Notes under the pieces: model-generated
What the model was told of the DNA's origin: nothing
Database searches by the model: none
Seen by the model: the letters and a program-made list of their open reading frames with translations, nothing else
DNA from: an uncultured delta proteobacterium
GTDB lineage: Bacteria > Myxococcota_A > Polyangia > Polyangiales > Polyangiaceae
Assembly: GCA_963806225.1 (NCBI GenBank)
Contig: CAWDXG010000004.1
Location: 1,280,001-1,344,000, forward strand
Reading direction: 5' to 3'
Length of the DNA: 64,000 bases
Shown here: positions 11,850-20,349 of the stretch, in pieces
How the letters are laid out: each line of letters starts with the position of its first letter
How positions within the stretch are numbered: position 1 is the first letter of the stretch
Program-made: the position numbers and the translations under genes

Positions 11850-12500
11850 CTACTTCACATAGATCTGCGCGGCGACAGCGCCCGCACCGCCGCTCGCCTT
11901 GATCACCGCCGTGGCGGGGAACGCGACGGGGAATGCGTTCTTCCAGCAGGGCGTGATGGCCCCCGCCGGACCGGTGGTGTTGTCGACGGCGATCACGGCG
12001 CTCGGCAGCGGCAGGCCCGCCATCGGCTTGGCGGTGATCTGGACGTCGACCTCCGTAACGCCGGGGCCGCCCTGCGCCAGCACCGCGTAGCACTTGTGCG
12101 GCTGGATCATGAACTGCTGCTCGATCTGGCCGCCCTGCTGCACCACGCCACCGAACAGCTCGCCTTCCTTCTTCATGTAGCGGGCCTGCTTCGGAGCGCG
12201 CTTCTTGATCTCCGCCTCCAGCATCTGCTGCGTGACCATGTCCAGAGCCTGCGGCCCCGCATCCGCGGCGGGCGCGGCGTCCGTTGCCGCCGCGCCGGCA
12301 TCCGGCGCGGGCATCGCGCCCGCCTCGGGTGGCGGCGCGGCGTCGGCGGCGTAGTTCTGCGGAGGTGTCGGCGGATACTCCACCGGCTTTTCCTTCTTGC
12401 AGCCCGCACCCAACGCGAACGCGACCGCTGCGCCGCTCACGCCCAACACGACCGAACGGCGCACTGCCGGCGTCCACGACAACCTGGAGGATCGTTTCAT
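11850..12500 (-). CDS. Putative lipoprotein, paralog of the upstream gene
   Basis: Start MKRSSRL at 12500; signal peptide ending LGAGC; Pro/Ala linker; C-terminal domain with CYAVLAQGGPGV. Confidence 0.7.
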   Translation of the reverse strand: MKRSSRLSWTPAVRRSVVLGVSGAAVAFALGAGCKKEKPVEYPPTPPQNYAADAAPPPEAGAMPAPDAGAAATDAAPAADAGPQALDMVTQQMLEAEIKKRAPKQARYMKKEGELFGGVVQQGGQIEQQFMIQPHKCYAVLAQGGPGVTEVDVQITAKPMAGLPLPSAVIAVDNTTGPAGAITPCWKNAFPVAFPATAVIKASGGAGAVAAQIYVK

Positions 12501-12511
12501 GTGGCGTTGCC

Positions 12512-13294
12512 TCACTTCTTGTAGGCCTGGGCTCCGACCATGCCCTGACCCTTGATGACGTGCATGTCCACCTTCACCTGCATCGGCAAGGGGTACGGGT
12601 TCTTGATGCACTGCCCGTCCGCGCCGACCATCGGCACGTTGTCCGTCGCGGCGCTCTGCGCGAGGACCTGCGGCGGCAGCGGCGGCGCCGTGATCAGGTT
12701 GATCTGGTATTGGAACACGCCCAGGCCGCCGAAGCCGATGATCGTGTAGCAGCCGCCGGCCTGCAGCGTGAGCTGGCCCTGGGCGTGCCCGTCCTGCTGC
12801 AGCTGGGCGCTCAGGAGCTTGCCGTCGGCGCGCATCCCCTTGGCGTGGATCGTCGCCTGCGACTTGATGCCCTGCTGGATCGGGCCGAGCTGCCCACCGG
12901 TGAGCGCGCCCATGGACGCCGCAGTCCCCGCGAGGGCTCCGGCGACGATGTTCTGCAGCGTGTTCGGATCGGAGAGGATCGCGCCGAGCGGCGGGACCTG
13001 CCCCGGTTGCTGCTGGCTCGCGGCCGGCGGCGGCTGGCCGGGCTGACCAGGCTGGGGCTGGCCGTAGCCGGGCTGACCAGGCTGGGGCTGGCCGTAGCCG
13101 GGCTGACCAGGCTGGGGCTGGCCGTAGCCGGGCTGACCAGGCTGGGGCTGGCCGTAGCCGGGCTGTCCGGGCTGTGGGCCGGCCTGGCCCTGCTGGAACC
13201 CCTGCGCATTCTGCGGAGGCTGGTCGTTCTTCTTGCATCCCGTCGCGAGCGCGGTCGCGATCACGACGCCGTAGATCATCAGCTTCTCGGTCAT
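12512..13294 (-). CDS. Putative lipoprotein with YGQPQPGQPG repeats
   Basis: Lipobox LATGC; repeat region; C-terminal domain CYTIIGFGGLGV similar to the neighbouring protein. Confidence 0.75.
   Translation of the reverse strand: MTEKLMIYGVVIATALATGCKKNDQPPQNAQGFQQGQAGPQPGQPGYGQPQPGQPGYGQPQPGQPGYGQPQPGQPGYGQPQPGQPGQPPPAASQQQPGQVPPLGAILSDPNTLQNIVAGALAGTAASMGALTGGQLGPIQQGIKSQATIHAKGMRADGKLLSAQLQQDGHAQGQLTLQAGGCYTIIGFGGLGVFQYQINLITAPPLPPQVLAQSAATDNVPMVGADGQCIKNPYPLPMQVKVDMHVIKGQGMVGAQAYKK
13037..13165. repeat. Perfect 30-bp coding tandem repeat, 4.3 copies
   Basis: GCCGGGCTGACCAGGCTGGGGCTGGCCGTA at 13037, 13067, 13097, 13127 plus 9 bp. Confidence 0.95.
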
Positions 13295-13461
13295 CTCTCC
13301 CCTGCCTTCAACGCTGGAACGACTGACAACGGCGCGATCCTACACCGCCTTTCCCGTCGCGGACCAGCACCCTGCTCGGCCGCCCCGATCGCCCATGATC
13401 CCCGTCGGCGCGCCAGAAACCGCGACCCCGGGGTCGACCCAGGTGCTAACAAGCCCCGGTC

Positions 13462-14421
13462 ATGAAAGTCGTCGTCGCAACGCACGGCCACTGTTTCGAC
13501 GGCCTCGCCAGCGCTGTGATGTTCACGCGGCTCAGGCAGGCCGCGGGCGGAGACGCACCCACGTTCGAATACCGCAGCTGCGGCTACGGCGCCGGCCAGC
13601 AGAAGCCCGACGACCGGCTGCTCGCCGGCGACGAGAACGCCATCCTCGACTTCCGCTTCAGCACCTCGCCGAAGCTCACCTGGTACTTCGATCACCACCG
13701 GACAGCCTTTACGACGGACGCCGAGCGACGACTATTCGAAGAGCGCGCCGGCTCTGGACGCTTCTTCTACGACGCGGAATGCAGCTCCTGCACCCGTCTG
13801 CTCGCGCGGGTCGGCCGGGAGCACTTCGATTTTTCCGATCCGCACCTCGACGAGCTGGTGCGCTGGGCGGACATCATCGACACGGCAAGCTTCGAAAGTG
13901 CACAGCAGGCCATCGACCGCACCGATCCGGTAATGCGCCTGGTCAGCGTGGTCGAGCACTACGGCGACGATCGCTTCCTGACGCGCCTGGTGCCGAAGCT
14001 GCTCGAACAGCCGCTCGCGGAGGTGGCCGTCCTGAAGGAGATCGAGGACCGCTATCGCTCGATCGGCAAGCGACACGCGCGCTTCATCGAGCGAGTGAAG
14101 ACGCATGCGCAGAAGACGGGGCGCGTCGTGTTCGTGGATCTGACCGACGAGGTGCAGGACACCATCGGCAAGTTCGTCACCTACGCCCTGTATCCGGAGC
14201 GCACGTACTCGGTGGTCGTCGGCCTGATGAAGAACGGCGTGAAGATCTCGGTTGGCTATAACCCCTGGTCCGGCCACGAGCTCGACGCCGACATCAGCGA
14301 GATCTGCGCGCGCCACGGCGGCGGCGGACATCCGGTGGTGGGCGGCATCTCCTTCAAGAAGGACGAGCTCGAGCGCGCCCGCGAGGTCGCCCGCGAGATC
14401 GTCGGCGAGCTGTCGGGCTAG
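13462..14421 (+). CDS. DHH/DHHA1 family phosphoesterase
   Basis: HGHCFDGLASA, ILDF, FDHH, C-terminal GGGHPVVGG. Confidence 0.85.
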   Translation: MKVVVATHGHCFDGLASAVMFTRLRQAAGGDAPTFEYRSCGYGAGQQKPDDRLLAGDENAILDFRFSTSPKLTWYFDHHRTAFTTDAERRLFEERAGSGRFFYDAECSSCTRLLARVGREHFDFSDPHLDELVRWADIIDTASFESAQQAIDRTDPVMRLVSVVEHYGDDRFLTRLVPKLLEQPLAEVAVLKEIEDRYRSIGKRHARFIERVKTHAQKTGRVVFVDLTDEVQDTIGKFVTYALYPERTYSVVVGLMKNGVKISVGYNPWSGHELDADISEICARHGGGGHPVVGGISFKKDELERAREVAREIVGELSG

Positions 14422-14429
14422 GCTTTGCC

Positions 14430-15173
14430 GTGACCTCGGGGTGGACACGTCGGGACGGGCGGCCACTGGTGCTCGGCCACCGCGGCGCGCGCTACGCCGC
14501 GCCCGAGAATACGCTGGCAGCCTTCGAGCTGGCGCGCGAGGAAGCAGCGGACGGCGTGGAGCTCGACGTGCGCCTCGACGCCGACGGCAACGTGGTCGTG
14601 CTGCACGACCGCACGCTCGAGCGCGTGACCGACGGCCGCGAGCGGCGCGACGTGGAGCACATCCCGGCCGGCGAGCTATCGCGGATCGACGTGGGAGGCG
14701 GCGCAGCTGTACCGCGCCTGGAAGAAGTGCTCGACTGGGCCGCCGGCTCGGACATGCTCGTGAACATCGAGCTGAAGCACGACGTATCCGATCGCGATCG
14801 ACTGGTCACGGGCGTGGTGGAGCTCGTTTGCGCGCGGCAGGACCCCGGCCAGTGGCTGCTCCTGTCGAGCTTTCACCCGGGGATCGTTTGGCGCCTGGCG
14901 CGGCGCCTGCCGGACGTGCGCGTCGCGTGGCTGGTCCACAAGGGCCAGCGCTTCGCGCGCCACGGGCGCGGCTTCCGTCTGCTCGGCGCCGGCGCCGTCC
15001 ACCCCGAACACGTGCTGGTCACAGAGCGCCGCATCGCCCGCTGGCATCACGGCAGCGCGCGGGTCAACACCTGGACCGTCAACGATCCCGACCGCGCCCG
15101 CGAGCTCGCCGCCCTCGGCGTCGACGCGATCATCAGCGACAAGCCCGGCTTGATCCGGGACGCGGTGAGCTAG
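14430..15173 (+). CDS. Glycerophosphodiester phosphodiesterase (GDPD)
   Basis: HRGARYAAPENTLAAF, ELDV, HDRTLER, NIELK, WTVN, IISDKP. Confidence 0.92.
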   Translation: MTSGWTRRDGRPLVLGHRGARYAAPENTLAAFELAREEAADGVELDVRLDADGNVVVLHDRTLERVTDGRERRDVEHIPAGELSRIDVGGGAAVPRLEEVLDWAAGSDMLVNIELKHDVSDRDRLVTGVVELVCARQDPGQWLLLSSFHPGIVWRLARRLPDVRVAWLVHKGQRFARHGRGFRLLGAGAVHPEHVLVTERRIARWHHGSARVNTWTVNDPDRARELAALGVDAIISDKPGLIRDAVS

Positions 15174-15197
15174 CGGCGCGACCGGGGCCGGCCTTGG

Positions 15198-16451
15198 CTA
15201 CGGCGAGACGCGTTTGCCGCGGCGGCTCTCGCTGCGGCGGGTGCTGGGGGCGGGGCGGGCACTGCGGCGGGTGTCGGCGAGCGAGCTGAGGATCTCCTGC
15301 AGCACCGTCACGCCCGCCATCGCGGTGATACCGGCGGGGTCGTACGCCGGCGCGATCTCCACCAGGTCGAAGCCGACCAGATCCGCTCCGACCAGCGCAC
15401 GCAGCAGCTGCTGCAGCTCCCAGGTGTTCATGCCCCCGGGCGATGGGATGCCGGTGCCCGGCGCATAGGCCGGATCCAGCGCGCTCACGTCGACCGACAC
15501 GTAGATCGAGCCGCCGCGCACGGCTTTGCGGACCTGGCCGATGACCGAGTACAGGTCCCACTTCACGTCGTCCATCTTGGCGACCTCGAAGCCGTGGGCC
15601 AGCGCGTAGTCGAGATCGGCCGGGCCCGAATAGGGACCGCGGACGCCGATCTGCAGGACCTCCTCGGGGCGCACCAGCCCCTCTTCCACCGCCACGCGGA
15701 CGGCGCTGCCGTGGTGCACGTTGCGTCCCCAGGCGGGCCCCGAGGTGTTGCTGTGCGAGTCGATGTGGATGAGGCCCACCGACTTGAGCTTGGCGCGGTG
15801 GATGCCGCGCAGCGCGGCCAACGTCACCGACTGGTCGCCGCCCACGAAGCCACAGGTGGCGCCGGTGCGCGAAATGGCCTCGGCCCTCGCGGACACCGCA
15901 TCGAGCGCGGCATCGGCGTCGTGCGGGGAGGCCGCCACGTCGCCGCCGTCGGCGACCATGAGCTCCTCGAAGATGTCGATGCCGAGCGCTGCGCTGAAGC
16001 GACGCGCCAGCGCGGAGGCCTCGCGCACCGCACGCGGGCCGAAGCGCGCGCCGGGGCGGAAGCTGGCGCCGGAGTCGAAGGGTGCGCCGCACAGCACGAC
16101 GTCCACATCCGGCACGACTTCCGGATCGGACGGTACGGGCAGGCGCAGGAAGCTCGGCACGCCGGCGAAGCGCGGCATCTTCTTCGACGAGACGGTGCGG
16201 AACTCCGGCGGCGGCGGTGTGTGCCGGCGGCTGCGCCCGGCGGACGCGGGCGGCGCGCTCGGGCGCTTGGGCGTGCTGGCCTTCTTCGACGACGACGCCT
16301 TGCCGCGCTTCGACGACGGCGCCTTGCTGCGCTTCGACGGCGCCTCGCTACGCTTCGACGGCGCCTTGCCGCGCTTCGACGGCGCCTTGCCGCGCTTCGA
16401 CGGCGCGGCGCCCGCGCGCTTCGCTGACTTCGGCCTGGTACTCCGCTTCAT
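15198..16451 (-). CDS. Agmatinase/ureohydrolase-family protein with degenerate metal ligands and Lys/Arg-rich N-terminal repeats
   Basis: RPGARFGPRAVREAS, LDPAYAPGTG, DLVEIAP; but GGDQ, DSHSN, DVS in place of GGDH, DAHxD, DxD. Confidence 0.85.
   Translation of the reverse strand: MKRSTRPKSAKRAGAAPSKRGKAPSKRGKAPSKRSEAPSKRSKAPSSKRGKASSSKKASTPKRPSAPPASAGRSRRHTPPPPEFRTVSSKKMPRFAGVPSFLRLPVPSDPEVVPDVDVVLCGAPFDSGASFRPGARFGPRAVREASALARRFSAALGIDIFEELMVADGGDVAASPHDADAALDAVSARAEAISRTGATCGFVGGDQSVTLAALRGIHRAKLKSVGLIHIDSHSNTSGPAWGRNVHHGSAVRVAVEEGLVRPEEVLQIGVRGPYSGPADLDYALAHGFEVAKMDDVKWDLYSVIGQVRKAVRGGSIYVSVDVSALDPAYAPGTGIPSPGGMNTWELQQLLRALVGADLVGFDLVEIAPAYDPAGITAMAGVTVLQEILSSLADTRRSARPAPSTRRSESRRGKRVSP
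16297..16404. repeat. About five imperfect 21-bp coding repeats (APSKRGK)
   Basis: Unit GCCTTGCCGCGCTTCGACGGC on the plus strand. Confidence 0.85.
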
Positions 16452-16460
16452 GTGTCGCCC

Positions 16461-17366
16461 TCAGCGGCCACACGCAGCGTAGCGCACCTCGACCCCGCCC
16501 GGGACCTTCTGTCGGAATGCGCCCCGGATGATCGGCGGATTGTGGACGACATCCTTGTTGACAAGGATGAGATCCTGGTCCGTTCCGGGCACCTCCATGC
16601 GCAGGCGGCGGGGGATCTCCGCGCCGCAGGCGGGCCCGCTCGGGGGCACGTCCGGCGTCAGGTGGTCGGGGTCCACCCTGGGCCTGGCCGTGTGCGACGC
16701 CTTGTGGTCCTCCATAAGCGCCCGGTACAGATCGATGCCCTGCTGCGAGACGGCGACTTCCAGCACGCGCACGCGCTGCTTCTGCCACGGCAGGTTCCAG
16801 TCGGCCGGCGTCGGCTCGAGGTGGATCTCCTCGTTCGCCTGGTGCCGGCTCTGGATGCGGATGACGTACTCGCCGTCCCAGGCGATGGTCGCCTGCGACG
16901 GCTGGTGCACGAGCACCGGCGCCTCGCCGCGCAGGAGCTCGACCAGCGCGAACGGCGGCACCGGCACCTGGGTGAAGCGCTCGACGTTGCAGGTGTTGGC
17001 CGGCCCGTACAAAAACTGCTTGTTCTGCAGATCGAAGAGCGAGAACTTCTGCCCGTCGCTGGTGAGCGTGGATAGCGTGACGCCGAACGGACTGTACACG
17101 TCGAAGCGGATCTTCTCGGGCAGCATCGCCAGGTACAAGACATTGCCGCGCACGCGGCCTTGCTTGTTGAACAGATCGAGCTTTGCTTCGCCCTGCACGC
17201 CGCGGCTGCACGAATAGCTGGCATGCATGCGCCCGAGGGCCGCGTCCGCCGTCGGGAACTGCGACGGCGGCGGCGGCCGCCCGCAGCCACTGCACAGACC
17301 CAGCGCAAGAAGGGCCCCCGGCACGCCACGCCGGAACCTACCGCCCACGCGAGCCACGAGGTCCAC
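16461..17366 (-). CDS. Putative lipoprotein, LolB/DUF4292-like
   Basis: Signal ending LCSGC; PEKIRFDVYSPFGVTLSTLTSDG resembles DUF4292/LolB-type beta-sheet proteins. Confidence 0.55.
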   Translation of the reverse strand: MDLVARVGGRFRRGVPGALLALGLCSGCGRPPPPSQFPTADAALGRMHASYSCSRGVQGEAKLDLFNKQGRVRGNVLYLAMLPEKIRFDVYSPFGVTLSTLTSDGQKFSLFDLQNKQFLYGPANTCNVERFTQVPVPPFALVELLRGEAPVLVHQPSQATIAWDGEYVIRIQSRHQANEEIHLEPTPADWNLPWQKQRVRVLEVAVSQQGIDLYRALMEDHKASHTARPRVDPDHLTPDVPPSGPACGAEIPRRLRMEVPGTDQDLILVNKDVVHNPPIIRGAFRQKVPGGVEVRYAACGR

Positions 17367-17379
17367 GATAGACCCGGGT

Positions 17380-19026
17380 CTAGCTCGAGCGCAGCGCGTC
17401 GAGCAGCTCGAGATCTGCTAGCGGGAGCGTGACTCGCGTCTCGATCACGCCAACGCCGTAGCGCTCGCAGAGCGTGGCCAGCGACAGCCCGTCGACCAGC
17501 GCGCAGGGCGCCGCGCCGGCAGCGGCAGCTTCCTCGCGCGCGCCGCTCAGCACCTGACCGGTGGTGATGATCCAGCCCGCGTGGGCCGGCCCGTAGTGGT
17601 GGAGCGCGCCGCGCAGCGCCGTGACCTGCTCGCGCCCGACCTCGCGTCCGTCGCGGCGTACGATGATGGCCGTGTGCACGCCGCCCGTCGGACCGGTGGT
17701 GCGACCCGACAGGTGCAGCTCGGCGCCGGGTGCGCCGGAGCGCTTGACCACGTCGAGCCCTTCCATGCCGACCCGCGCGAGCAACAACATCACGAGCTCG
17801 CCGAGCGCGCGCGGCGGCAGCTCCTGCAGCCGCTTGAGCAGATGCCGGCGGCTCGCCTCGCGGTAGCGATCTGCCAGCGACGAAAGGTCGCGCTCGAGCC
17901 GCGCCAGCTCGCCGTCGAGCATCCACTCGGTCAGGCCCACGCGGCTGTCGTTCACACAGAAACGCGGACGCTGGCCCTCACCCGCCGCACGCAGGTTGTC
18001 GGCGCGCATGGCCGCCGACAACGCCGACTGCACCTGGTGCGTGTCGCCCGAGATGCGCCCGCGCCGCTGCGCCGCGTCGGCGAGCTTGGACAGGCCCACC
18101 ATCCCGCTCTTCTCGAAGCCGGCGAGCAGATCAGCCGCAACGTCGGCCAGACCGCGCCCGGACAGCTCGTCGACGTGTCCGCCGCGCGCCTCGCGGCGTT
18201 CTCCCCGCTCGCCGCGCTCGCCGCGCTCACCGCGCTCACCACGCTCGCGGCGATCGCGGCGCCGTCCACGATCACTGCGCTCGCCGCGTTCACCACGCTC
18301 GGCGCGCTCGGTCGGTTCAGCGGAAGCTTCCTCCGCCGCAGCGGCATCCGCAGGCGCGTCCGAGACCGTGTACGACGGCAGTCCGTCACCGCCACCGTTC
18401 TTCTCCTCGCCACCGCGACCCCCACGACGACGGCGGCGGCGGCGACCCCGGCGGGCTCCGTCGCGCTCTTCGCCGCCACCCGTCTCGGCCTCTTCCTCTT
18501 CCGCCTCGGCGCCGGCACCGAACAGCGGCACGTCGTCGTCTTCCTCCGGCGCGAAGATCTCGGTCGCCTTGGCGGCCATCTTCGCCCGCTCCAGCTCGGC
18601 CGCGTCGGGAGGCGGCGCTTCCTCGTCCACGTCCAGTTCAGGATAGCCCGGCTGCGAGGGCAGCTCCGGCGCAGGCGTCTCGGGGACCTCGGGAGCCGGC
18701 TCTTCTTCGCCGCCGCCCGCCTCGGCCTGGGCGGCCTCGTTGACCGCGATGCGCTCGAGCGCCGGCGTACGGTCTGCCAGGCCCTTCTTCACGGTCGCGT
18801 CGTCCCAGTCGCGTAGAGCGAAGACGCCCGGCTTGACGCGGACCAGCGGGTTTTCCTTGTCGCCCTTCTTCACCAGGGCGGCCAGCCGGGCCCCCATGGT
18901 CACCTCTGGGCTCTTGCCGACGTGGCTCAGCAGGTTCTTCTCGATGGCTACGTCCGTGATCTCCTTATAGTGAAGTGGCTTGCCCACGAGGCGCAGCACC
19001 TGCGCCGCAGCTTCCGTGAAAGTCAT
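17380..19026 (-). CDS. HARE-HTH domain + acidic and RGE-repeat linker + degenerate Mrr_cat domain protein
   Basis: MTFTEAAAQVL...LHYKEIT...GKSPEVTMGARL...PGVFALRDW (HARE-HTH); C-terminal VGREQVTALRG...GWIITTG...LVDGLSLATL (Mrr-like). Confidence 0.8.
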   Translation of the reverse strand: MTFTEAAAQVLRLVGKPLHYKEITDVAIEKNLLSHVGKSPEVTMGARLAALVKKGDKENPLVRVKPGVFALRDWDDATVKKGLADRTPALERIAVNEAAQAEAGGGEEEPAPEVPETPAPELPSQPGYPELDVDEEAPPPDAAELERAKMAAKATEIFAPEEDDDVPLFGAGAEAEEEEAETGGGEERDGARRGRRRRRRRGGRGGEEKNGGGDGLPSYTVSDAPADAAAAEEASAEPTERAERGERGERSDRGRRRDRRERGERGERGERGERGERREARGGHVDELSGRGLADVAADLLAGFEKSGMVGLSKLADAAQRRGRISGDTHQVQSALSAAMRADNLRAAGEGQRPRFCVNDSRVGLTEWMLDGELARLERDLSSLADRYREASRRHLLKRLQELPPRALGELVMLLLARVGMEGLDVVKRSGAPGAELHLSGRTTGPTGGVHTAIIVRRDGREVGREQVTALRGALHHYGPAHAGWIITTGQVLSGAREEAAAAGAAPCALVDGLSLATLCERYGVGVIETRVTLPLADLELLDALRSS

Positions 19027-19244
19027 TGACAATCGTCTCTTCTGTGTTGGGGGAGAACATACGCTCGGTTCTCTCTTCCGCGGGCGCCTCCGGGGAAGCG
19101 CACATCGCTCCCATCGCCGGCAGGCGCCCCTCTTGACCGCCGGCCATAGCACGGCCCAGAGGCCGCTCCAAGCTGGGGGAACCTCCGGCCGCAGGGCCCC
19201 CCGGCGCCGCCGGCCGAGCCCGCCCCGAGCCGCGCCGTGCCCGC

Positions 19245-19799
19245 CTACCGGAAAACCGTGAGCGCGGCCTTCTGGTAGGCCTCGAGCGTCGGGGCGTCGA
19301 ACAGGACGAAGCGGCAGAGCCCGGGTGTGCCCTCCGGCTTCAGGGCGTTGCGGACAGCCTTCAGGGCGACCGGGGCGGCCTCCGCGAGAGGGTAGCCGTA
19401 GACGCCGGTGCTGATCGAGGGGAACGCGATGGAGTCGATCCCGTGGCGGCGGCACAGGGCGAGGGCCTCGCTGTAGCAGCTGGCGAGCAGCTCCGCGGCG
19501 CGCTCTCCCTCGCGGTCGTAGATGGGCCCCGCGCAGTGGATGACGTGCTTCGCCTGCAGATTGAAGCCGGGCGTCAGCACGGCGGCGCCGGTCGGCAGCC
19601 GTCCGCCGGGCAGCTCGCGCTTCTTTTCCCTGAGCGCCTCCATCAGCTGGGAACCCGCGGCGCGGTGGATGGCGCCGTCCACACCGCCGCCACCCATCAG
19701 CATGGAGTTGGCGGCGTTGCCGATCGCGTCGGTATCCGAGCGGGTGATGTCGCCCTGGACCAGCTCTACCCACGACCCGCCCGCCGCGAAACGCTCCAT
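19245..19799 (-). CDS. MacroD-type macrodomain protein (O-acetyl-ADP-ribose deacetylase / de-MARylase, YmdB-like)
   Basis: QGDIT, NAANSMLMGGGGVDGAIH, FPSISTGVYGYP. Confidence 0.92.
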   Translation of the reverse strand: MERFAAGGSWVELVQGDITRSDTDAIGNAANSMLMGGGGVDGAIHRAAGSQLMEALREKKRELPGGRLPTGAAVLTPGFNLQAKHVIHCAGPIYDREGERAAELLASCYSEALALCRRHGIDSIAFPSISTGVYGYPLAEAAPVALKAVRNALKPEGTPGLCRFVLFDAPTLEAYQKAALTVFR

Positions 19800-19930
19800 G
19801 CCCCTTGCTATCCGAGCAGCTGCCGCCGTGCAAGGCGGGGCCGGACCGCCACCCCGGGCGATCCCGAGGCGATCCAGGCGTTCGCCGCGCGGCGCTACTG
19901 CGCGGGCCCGGACAGGCGTACGCTCGGGGA

Positions 19931-20311
19931 GTGGACGCGCAGCGTCTGCTGGACGAGCTGCTGTCGGCGGCACGCAAGCTGGGCCTGAAGGTCCGGATAG
20001 AACCGCTGCGCACGGCGTCCGGACGAGCCGGCGGACTGTGCCGCATCCGCGGTCAGACGATGGTGCTGCTGGACGAGCTGGCCGGCCCCGTCGAGCAGGC
20101 TGCGTCGCTCGCCGAGGCGCTCGCGGAGCTCGACGTGGAGAACATCCAGATGGCGCCGGAGGCGCGGCGCACGATCGAGGCGACGCGACGGCACGAGATG
20201 TGGCGCGTGAACGACGCGCGACCCGCCCAGAAGGACGATCGGGTGCGGCAGCTGCCGATCCCCAAGCCCGGCCTGCGCCGCGGGCGCGGGCGCGACGACG
20301 ACGAGGAGTAG
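19931..20311 (+). CDS. Hypothetical protein
   Basis: GTG start; ARKLGLKVRIE...GGLCRIRG...VLLD...LAEALAELD; typical codon usage; directly upstream of murB. Confidence 0.65.
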   Translation: MDAQRLLDELLSAARKLGLKVRIEPLRTASGRAGGLCRIRGQTMVLLDELAGPVEQAASLAEALAELDVENIQMAPEARRTIEATRRHEMWRVNDARPAQKDDRVRQLPIPKPGLRRGRGRDDDEE

Positions 20312-20349
20312 CGCACCGCAACGCGGGACGTGGTACGAGCGCGGGCACG

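Noticed and set aside
13037..13165. 30-bp repeats as a CRISPR array
   Set aside because: No spacers, in-frame coding repeat, no cas genes.
17380..19799. Mrr plus macrodomain as an anti-phage defence system
   Set aside because: The Mrr catalytic motif is missing, the macrodomain is ordinary MacroD type, codon usage is host-like and there is no mobile or defence-island context.
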